Source of the DNA: Nageia nagi
Taxonomy: Eukaryota > Plantae > Pinophyta
Length of the DNA: 64,000 nt
Direction: 5' to 3'
Assembly (NCBI GenBank): GCA_050084985.1
Contig: JBITNC010000002.1
Span: 20,832,001-20,896,000, forward strand
Shown one piece after another: positions 54,722 through 64,000 of this stretch (position 1 is the first letter of the stretch; every line of letters starts with the position of its first letter). The notes beneath the pieces were generated by a model. That model saw nothing but the letters and a program-made list of their open reading frames with translations. It made no database searches and was not told the DNA's origin. The translations under genes and the position numbers were made by a program.

Positions 54722-56011
54722 ATGGAAAAAACATGGTTATATGCAACTAGAAATTGCAAGAAATATTTTTGTGGGGTTTATGAATTCATTGTATTTGCAA
54801 AAAATAATTCCATAGATACTAAAAGAATTATATATCCATATCGGAGGTGCTAAAATATGGAAACTCTTGGTTTTAAAGAGGTCTATGAGCACCTATTTTG
54901 GTATGGATTTAACAAGACATATAACATTTTTTATTTGCATAGAGACAAACAATCTACTCATGAACAATATGTGTCAAATGTGTGCACCACCATGGATGAG
55001 GGTCCAAATATCAAAAGTGTACAAGATGACATGGTTGGAATCAATTTCTTAGAGAGTGGACAAGAACTACAAGATAATGAATTGAGTTCAAATATGATCC
55101 TAATGAATTTTGTAGGTTTGTCCAAGATGTTGATAAATAACCATTATACCCAAGTTTTACAAATTACACCATATTATCAATAATAAGTAAATTATATCAT
55201 CTCAAAGCTAAACATGGTTGGACAAACAAAAGCTTTGGATATTTATTAAAATTACTGAGAGATATGCTTCCAATTAGAAATACAATTTTAAAGTCCTCAT
55301 ATGCAATGAATAAAATGATGAAGCTATTGGGATTAAATTATGTAATGATACATGCATGTAAAATGATTGTATTTTTTATTGGAAAGAATATGGAAATCTT
55401 CAAACTTGCCCAAAATGTGGTGAATCACATTGGAAAGTTGATCATCATTTGGAAAATAAATAAAATAAAAAGGTTCCTATGAAGGTGTTGAGATATTTCT
55501 CCATTTTATAGAGGTTACAAAGAACATATAGGTAAACAATTTTATTATATAAATAACTTTGTTGTTCTTGTTTCTCTCAATATTATTAGACATGGCTGAA
55601 GTGAGTTGCCTTTTTCTTGTAGCTCTACAAAGATTGTAGAGAATATGAGGTGGCATTATTAGCATAAGAGTCTAGATAGCAATATTTGACATCCAGTCGA
55701 CTCTCTAACATTACAAATGATATATTCTATATGGCCAAATTTTTCTAAAGAGCTATGTAATGTATGAATACCAATGGAAACTGATGGATTCAACCCTTTT
55801 TTTGAATTTAGTTTTTGCTACAATTGTTGGCCTATTATGTTGGTCATGTATAACATTCTACCATGGATGTTGATGAAGAGGAATTATTCAATGCTTATCT
55901 TATTAATGCCTAATCCCCAACAACTATGCATTAATATTAATATTTATCTACAACTATTAGTTGATGACTTTCTCAAACTATTGACTGATAGTGTAGAAAC
56001 ATATGACACAT
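54722..56011 (+). pseudogene. CACTA TnpD transposase, 5' part (Transpos_assoc and start of Transposase_21)
   Basis: MEKTWLYATR...GVYEFIVFAKNN...VYEHLFWYGFNKTY; LGLNYVMIHAC; ETDGFNPF...CWPIMLVMYNILPWMLMKR...YLQLLVDD. Confidence 0.92.
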
Positions 56012-59000
56012 TGTAATGACCCACCCAATTGCATTGTTAAGACTCGAGTACCAATGAGGATTTAATAAGATTTATTTTGAATTATGTTATGTGATGATAA
56101 ATTTTGAATAGCAATATGCATTATTTATGTTGATTTAATACTAGCTTCAAAATTTTATGATACAAGTTATAGGTTGATTCGAGATGGAAAGTTCGATTAA
56201 ATACCCAAGGGACCAAGGGTGAATTGGTAATAGGAACAAAAGGGTAAGATTGAGGAAATGATTGGAATTGGTTCATTGAAAAAATCTAATGACCATCATA
56301 TATCATTTAGATGCATGATACAATTTTTAAGCATGATGATTGATTTTGATAATGAATGTGTGGATGTGTGTGCACTATTAAATTTACCATGCATGACGAA
56401 TGGATAACTGTAGGTAAAATGAGTGTTAAAACTTTGCTATGCATTTTTTGAAACTTATTTCAAAAAGGGAAAGAATTATTCCATTTTTTTGAATTTAAAT
56501 TTTTACTTATGGTTTTTAGTAAAATGGGGTGAAATTTAAAAGTTATAGTTAGAAAGGACTAGTGTCACTTTTGTGGATGTTATAAGGTATTTTGGTAGTT
56601 AGTGATAATAATTAAGATTTGATCTCCACTTACTTTATTTCTTTATGTTAGGTATGGGAAATAATTGACCTTAATTTGTAAGTTAATATAAAAGAGTCCA
56701 AAAATATTTCATGTCACCACACTTACCAACAAATTTAATTAAGACCTACTTCACAAAGAAATAAAACACCTACATATTTTTCCCAAAAATAATTGAAGGG
56801 GAAGAGGAGACATTTATTTAGAATTATTATAGCCACATTGGCTATAAATAAATGAGGAACCTTAGGAAAAATCAACCACTACCCTCTCATTCTTTTATTC
56901 TCAAGCTTTGGTTTTGAGCTCCATGGAGAAGAGAAGCCTCCCCTATCAAGCCTAGGTGCTTTCCTTTTTGTATCTTAGCTAATGTCTAGCTAGAATATGG
57001 ATTCATTTGTATGGTTGATGAAGATTCATGAATATATATTGATAAGGTTAAATTGCTAATAATAGTATTACCAATTACTAAAGAGACACTTTATTGTTTT
57101 CATGTGATAATACACATGTGAAGCTTATACCTATAGTTCAAAGTGGGAATAGTTTATTATCTTTATTTAAAAGTCTATTCAAAAAGGAAAAATTAGAATA
57201 TATTCTATTATTGAAGGGATAACATATTTAATTGGTAGGATAACATGTTTTAATGGTGAGGTAACATATTTTATTGATTGATAAAACTATTGTCTGTGCC
57301 TTCCATGCCATGAATGCTTTTGAGGAAGTCAGTTTTAGTAAGTCTTGAGATCTTCCTTTAACCTTTTGTCACTCTCATAAGTCTCTAAGTAAGTTTCTAG
57401 CATCCATTTTGAAGATCATGGGAAGGTGCAACAAGAAAGTGTGGAGGAAATATTGGTTCTATATTTATTTTTGTTTCCTATGGTGAGCACTGAGATATGT
57501 TACCATGTTTAGATGGATTTGTAGTTGATAGGAAATTACATTTTAAGTGTAGTTTTACTCTCAACAATTGAAAAATTAAATCCTTGCATAATACATGCAA
57601 GGAGTCATTTTGGAAGAATACACTCAAAGGTTATAGAGTTTGTCTTTGCATCTAATCATAGCATTGTTTTAAAAATCTTTATAGTCTTGTATACTTTATC
57701 AGTATCACACCATTTGAGATAGTATGCTGAGTTTGGAAAATCCTTACACCTTGGAAAGGTATTTTCAACTCATGCCTTCATTTTCTCCCTATGTAGTTGA
57801 GTTTGAACATTGTATGAGTTCTTGAGAACATCAATATATTTTAATAAACTCTCAAAGATTGATTTGAGATACCATTTCAAAACCCAAAGAGTTTGCCAAC
57901 ATTGGAATACTTTCATTGTTATATTTCTACAACTCATCAAATCCTTGCTTGGAGTCCACTATGAGTAGCATCAAGTAATAAGGTTGTTGTCCATTCAAAT
58001 GGGTAACACATTATGTCTCAGCATGCTATTCAAATAGGTAGCACATTATGTCTTATTTAGGAGTCCTCATAGAAACGTTATCAAGAAATTGCATATTTTC
58101 TTTGATGCCCAAGGTTTCTTAATGCCCCAAGATTTGGTCCAAGTACAATTTGTCTTTTAATAAGAGAAGGTTTGGCCAAAGTTTATTTGAACTCTTTAAT
58201 AGTCCACCTCCAACATAGTAAAGCTGACATTAAATTTTGTATGGTGTTAATTTGTTAATAAATTGCTAGTATAAATGATGTAATATAGTTGGTTCATTCA
58301 CATATCATTGTAATGATAAGAAGATTAATAATTGATATTGTGGTCATGACTTTGTTTTGAGTAAAATTATATTTGTTTAAAGTAATGATGAAATGGTTGT
58401 TATAATGTTAATTATAGAAAGAAGATTATTCAAGACTTAATGAGAGAATGAATAAGAGTTTTCAAATATTACAAGTGTTAAATTACTTGCCATAATTAAG
58501 GATGAATTGTGAATGATATTAGAACATTGATTGAGAAAAATTAATGTGATCAAGGAAGGGAGGTAGCCCTAGAGAAGGCATAAAATCCTCCTGAGGTTTG
58601 TAAAAGAATTAGAGGGCATATATTTAATTACATTTGCATTATGGTCAGAAGTAAAATAAAGAGGGTTATCCTAATCCTCAAACTCCTAACCTTCTTAATA
58701 CTTGAGCCAATACCTTTGATCCTTAGGAAGATTGAAAGAAGATAATGGATATTCGATATCATGAGGATAAAGATGTATTAAAGATCTCTAGAGCAAGCTT
58801 GAAAAATTTATAATGTATTTTCCAATATAATTTTATAAAGGAATCCCTTGTAAATGATAAGGGCCACCCTACATTCTTGTAATTGATTATCATCTATTTA
58901 TGCAACTTTGGTAAAACTTTCATGAAATCCTTTAAGACTTAATAGACCCTATGTTATCTACTTATTCAAAGTCTCATCAATGTTAAAGTAAAGATTATTA

Positions 59001-60906
59001 TTTGTATGAAGTAATACAAGAATATTGTGAAGGATAATAAAAGAATTCCTATGGTTTTTGCTTCTTCAATTTTGCTTATCAATGTAGAGTAAAATTTAAT
59101 ATATAGATCTACCTTATTACCCTTACAATGCAAGAAAATTATGAACAACCTTGTAGTCCTAGTCTTTATTTGTGGATAAGAGTAGGGATTGGCAAATCTT
59201 GGTAATACTATAGAAAAAGAGATCAAATTAAAATCAACTATAGAGATTGATATTATTAACATTAACCCTAAATTCTTGTAGATATACATGGTAAGTTAAT
59301 AAGAAAAGTAAAAGTTAAACCTAAATAAGGTAAGCCTAATGTTTTTAGGACACACATATGTAGTTCTCATTGAGAAAGAAAAGGTTGTTGAATTAATTGA
59401 TAAATATTAGGGACCCTAGAGTCTAATAGGGATTGAGATGGGATCAAATAGGATTAGTTTTGAGTAGTGAGTTAATTGAAATTTATTAATAAAGGAAAAC
59501 CTTATACTAGCAATAGTCATGTTCCTAAGATTCATCAATCATGTATCAAGATATGGGTTTAATGGTAAACCCTAATATAGACCCAAAATAGATATTGGAT
59601 CTTGTAGTAGGAAACCTCAAAAATAAATTAAACCCAATAATAAAGGTGGAAGATAATCTCAAAAGTAATCTAGGTTAAAGAGAAACCCTATAGGAATAGA
59701 ATTTGTTAAAAAGGGAAATTTTGGATAGATTCAATGATGAAGGAAAAATGATGTGGAATATTCATTAGTTGAACCTCCCTTGCAAAATGATAAACAAAAG
59801 AAATATGCCTTGAGTAAGGACCACTTTACATTTCACTTCCTTTATAGAAGTAGTTTACATTAATGTCATCTCAAGGCTTGTTACTAGACTCTAGCATGTG
59901 AACATTTATAAAGTAGTATTAAATACATAGTACATTAAATACATAGTACCATGTGTGTGGGATAATCGTAGTATTTATAATATTTTGTGTGACTTCCTAA
60001 ATAAGCTTGGTATTGAATCTTCCTACGTATGCTTTTCTTATTGGTTTTAATCATGAAATATGATTTGTTCTAACATCTAATGCATGGTAAGAACATGGAA
60101 CTTAGAATGCTAATACTTGATCTAGGTTCAAAATTTTAGGATCGATAGGTCATGGGTGATTTTACTTTATAATCTTACCTAAAATTAATTATGATATACA
60201 AAACACTCAAGGGTATTACTTCAATATCCATGGCTCTCCAAGATATGGGCATGGGGATGCCTAACCCCATGGTGAGATTAGATGATAGATATGGGTACGA
60301 TAGTGTCTCATATTCTCGATAGGGTGTCAAATGAGGGTAGCAATTGACAAAAATATGATTACCAAGTGAAGGTAATTTAGTAGTCATACTACTTGTAGTT
60401 TAGCACATAGGATATGTGACTACTATTCCATAGACAATGATGTTTCTCAATCATAAGGAAGTTTTCCTAGGATAAACTATCTATTCCTATGAGTTAGAGG
60501 GTTATCATCGGCTAAGGATGCATAACCTAGTAGATGTGCATTCTCTTAGGTGATATGGGCCTCAAGTAGGAAATCATTACATTGTGTCCAAAATGTATAC
60601 TATACACAATTTGTGAAGCAAAAATGGTGGGGTCACATATGAGGCATCTCCTCAATGGGATGAATGTTGTGGAGTGAACACAAAAAGAGATTTGATCAGG
60701 GTTGGTTAATCAAGAATTTAGCCAATCTTACCATGTGGGTACTGACTAGATAGTAATGTTGACATGCTCATGTGGATCACCTGGATCCATTCTTACATCA
60801 TTTGAGTGTTTAAACTAATAAAAAAAATTAGTTTTGAAATTTTAGTGTTGTTTTTGGATGTCAAGAATAGGTGAAAATTCTATCAAGAATAGGAGGATGC
60901 ATTACA
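56012..60906 (+). mobile_element. Giant solo LTR (4895 bp), same family as 42528-53142, inserted in CACTA TnpD
   Basis: TGTAATGACCC...GCATTACA ends; TSD CACAT (56007-56011, 60907-60911). Removing it restores the transposase frame VETYDT|FQKTIFNMRTIMMWAIH. Confidence 0.92.
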
Positions 60907-63318
60907 CACATTTCAAAAAACTATATTCAATATGAGAACAATAATGATGTGGGCTATTCATAAATTTTCTACTTACAAAAACCTAGTAGGATGTATGATA
61001 AAGGGATTCTTTACATGTCCAGTATATGGGGAGAACACTTGTTCAATATGACTTCCATTCAATAATAAGAACATTTATATGGTCCATAGGAGATTTCTTT
61101 CTATGGATCATCAATTTCATCATCAAAAATATACTTAAATAATGATAAAGAGTGGATTAAAACACCATTGGGTTTAATTAAGAGTGAAAAGTGGAAAAGG
61201 TAAAAAACATCCCACGAAATTAGGGAGAGTCAAGCAAATCAAAAAAAGAAAAAGTAAGAAGAATGATTATAGAATTAAAGGATGGAAGAAGAAACCTATA
61301 TTATTTGATCTACCATATTGGAAGGAATGACATGCACTTTAATAACTACATTTGTTGCTACATATTTCAAATATCGAATAATTTTTGTTTAATATTTTTA
61401 TCTATGAATATGATCTTTTAGTTCATCACAACTTGGAGGTGATGCATGTAGAAAAAAAATGTCTATGAAAGTCTAGATAGGATATTGTTAGGTATTGATA
61501 CAAATTCAAAGGATGCTAAAAGCTCTTGTGATGATTTAAAATAGTTTAAGATCAGGAGTTCATTATGGGAAGAAATCCATAATGGAAAGACATCTTTCAA
61601 AAACACCCTACAATCTATCAAAGGTTGAGAAATAAAGGTTTTGTGAAATATTTTACAATATGAAAGTATTTGATGGATATTATTCAAATATTAGCAAAAA
61701 AGTCCCTATGAAATATCTTAAGATCCTTGGTTTGAAATCATACAACTATCATGTTATTATTTAAAACCTTCTCCCAATAACACTATGATATATGCTTGAT
61801 AAGCCAATGCAAAAATCCATATATAAGTTATGCATGTTCTATAAGGATATATGCATAAAAGTGGTGGATTTCAAAAAAATGGTGAAATTAGAGGAAGAGA
61901 TCAAGGAGATCTTATGTTTGCTAGAAAAGTAATTCCCCACTTCATTTTTTGATATCATGGTGCACTTATGAATATCAATGGATGTACCCTTTTAAGAGTT
62001 TTGTATGTGTTCATTAGTTTCATAAACCATCATTTTTATAACTTTTTTACAATGTCTCATCAAAATAATTATTTTTCTCATATTTATGAATATTTATAAG
62101 ACATATATAAAGAATTGAGTTAGCATCAAAGGTTGTATTTATAAGTGATATATTATTAATAAATTTATTTCATTCTATGCATACTAGAGCTTTAAAAGTG
62201 GTTTGTGATTACCTTTCATGAAACAATGTAACAAGTGATCAAGAAGAAACCGTAGTTGATAGGAGGCCAATGTCCAATTGCAAAGTCTTTAATTTGGATG
62301 AAATTTTTCTTAAGAAAGCCTATCAATGCATTCTCATGAACCTAGATGAAGTTCAACCTTGATTAACAATATATTTATTTATTGCTATTATATATAATAT
62401 AGGATTGAATATAATTTAGATATGACTATGCTAGATGCACTTTATGCCAAATTAATAAGCACAAGATAAGTTTTAAGGAATCCAACCCTTGTGTAGTGAG
62501 AGATGAAGCAGTGATGCAAAAATATTATATTAATAAATTCATCCCTTGGATATGAAATCGAATAATTATGCTCAATTGAATATAATATTTGATATTTGTA
62601 AAGATCATCATGTACTATTTTGCAATCATTTTTAAACTATTATACTTTGTTCCAATTTTAGGGAGATGAATCACAACATAATGATGATGACTCTGACACA
62701 ATAAAATGGTTGGAATGTGGTATAATTAAATCTCTAAATAAAGTTTTAGGATATATGATCAATAATTAAATATTTAATACCAAAGACAAATTAATAAAGG
62801 AAAATTCAAAAAAATAACATCTATGTGTCGATGTAAATGTCAATTGTAGATCAAGCACAAAAGACACAAACCATGTTATTGAAATAATAATATGTTATGG
62901 TGTTATTAAGGAAATCATTTTGTTGAATTTATTATGATGGGAATAGCCCTTTTTCAAATATGATTAGGTGAATGTTCTTGATAAGAAGAGTGGAATTAAA
63001 ATTTACAAAATGGAATACATAATGGTTAACATGAGCAAATTACAACATGGAGATAGACAAGAAGATTCCATATATTCTAACATAGAAAGACAAAAATGTT
63101 TTTATATACAAGATTCAATTGAAAGCATTTAGTATGTGGCTCTCATATCACCTCCAAGAGGTATCAAAGATAATGAAGCATACAAGGTGAATGTATTTGA
63201 AGGAATATATTTTGTTGAAATTGAAATTGCTCAAGATGATAATGTAAATGATGAAAACATTGAATATGTATGTAAGGATATTGAGGATACATTTATGAAA
63301 GCATTATTGGTATATTGA
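60907..63318 (+). pseudogene. CACTA TnpD transposase, 3' part (Transposase_21 end, DUF4218- and DUF4216-like regions), with putative introns
   Basis: MMWAIHKFSTYKNLVGCMIKGFFTCPVYG; YMVHRRFLSMDHQF; WKKKPILFDLPYW; HNLEVMHVEK; GLKSYNYHV; LCLLEK*FPTSFFDIMVHL; CYGVIKEI. Confidence 0.9.
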
Positions 63319-64000
63319 AATCAAAGAAGAGAGGAAAAATGAAGTTTCTCACCTAGGATGCAAAAGCCGAAAGAATATCATAAGAGCATAAAATATTACT
63401 CATAATGAATAAAATGATGGATAAATTAATCATAAGATACACCTTCCTTAAATAACAAGAAAAATGTACAATATCCACATAATCAAAATAATGTTGACCA
63501 TAAAATTAAAATAACTTGATAAGTATGACAAGTAAGCACACCTACTAGTGAACTTAAGATAATAGTAACCTGGATACCTAACTAGGTAATAAAGAAAATA
63601 ATACTCTAACAACCAAGGAAAAAATCATATTCCTAAAGAGAGAAGAAGAAATAATAAGGAAGGTTTCCTCTTGTACACTAGGGAAAATTTTAATACCCCT
63701 CATCCAAAATGAACCTATAAATTCCTGATGAATGTAGATGAAACCTGATTCAAATTGAAGGCAAATTTCCAAAAATAATGTAAATTGTTAGGCAACTTTT
63801 GAATAGTTTTGGAAAACAAATGTAAAAAGTTGGCAAAATATTTTTAGTTTAAAAAACATAGTAAATTTTTGAAAGCATAAATCATTTATTATATAAAAAT
63901 TTATATATATACATTGAATGAATAAAATTTGAGTACAAAATAGTCTTCCCACCCTTGTAGTGCTCAAACTTCTTAAGATTTAGGTGCAAGGGAAAAGTGG

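Larger units (their letters stand above)
40201..64000 (+). mobile_element. CACTA (En/Spm) DNA transposon; right end outside the window; hosts two solo LTRs
   Basis: Left terminus CACTAGCCCAAAAAG at 40201, then a tandem-repeat leader and a TnpD transposase remnant from 54722. No closing TAGTG terminus seen before the window end. Confidence 0.85.

Noticed and set aside
42528-60906. The two giant LTRs read as the ends of one retrotransposon that captured CACTA sequence
   Set aside because: Each has its own TSD and the host CACTA sequence rejoins across each one.
63400-63800. Possible CACTA TnpA first exon
   Set aside because: The position is plausible but no recognisable motif was found.

Overview
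Plant nuclear DNA, AT-rich and strongly CpG-depleted, most likely from a gymnosperm (inferred from the CCoAOMT C-terminus [20 protein letters not shown] and the TE families). There is one intact host gene: a 5-exon caffeoyl-CoA O-methyltransferase (CCoAOMT, minus strand, 5582-6708, 257 aa). It has AC-element promoter motifs, a Ds-like hAT element (8-bp TSD) ~640 bp upstream, and a ~1.5-kb duplication of its 3' flank. Most of the rest is degenerate, nested transposons, many resolvable to base-level boundaries and TSDs: (i) an old Ty1/copia (~10753-30201) carrying a full-length Tat-type Ty3/gypsy (13989-26749, TSD GGACT, domain order PR-aRH-RT-RH-INT plus a long sense 3' extra ORF); (ii) LINE ORF1 and copia gag remnants; (iii) a non-autonomous LTR element (31954-39329) whose 3' LTR holds a 2.3-kb copy of CACTA sequence flanked by a ~315-bp duplication; (iv) a CACTA element from 40201 running off the window, containing two ~4.9-kb solo LTRs of one family (TSDs TTAAA and CACAT), one of which carries a complete Tork-like copia (44486-50254, TSD AATTA). 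The best candidates for undescribed biology are a conserved ~600-nt multi-hairpin domain in the giant LTRs and the NLS/coiled-coil accessory ORF of the Tat element. All alignments, translations and folds were done by eye, so divergence figures are rough impressions rather than computed values.
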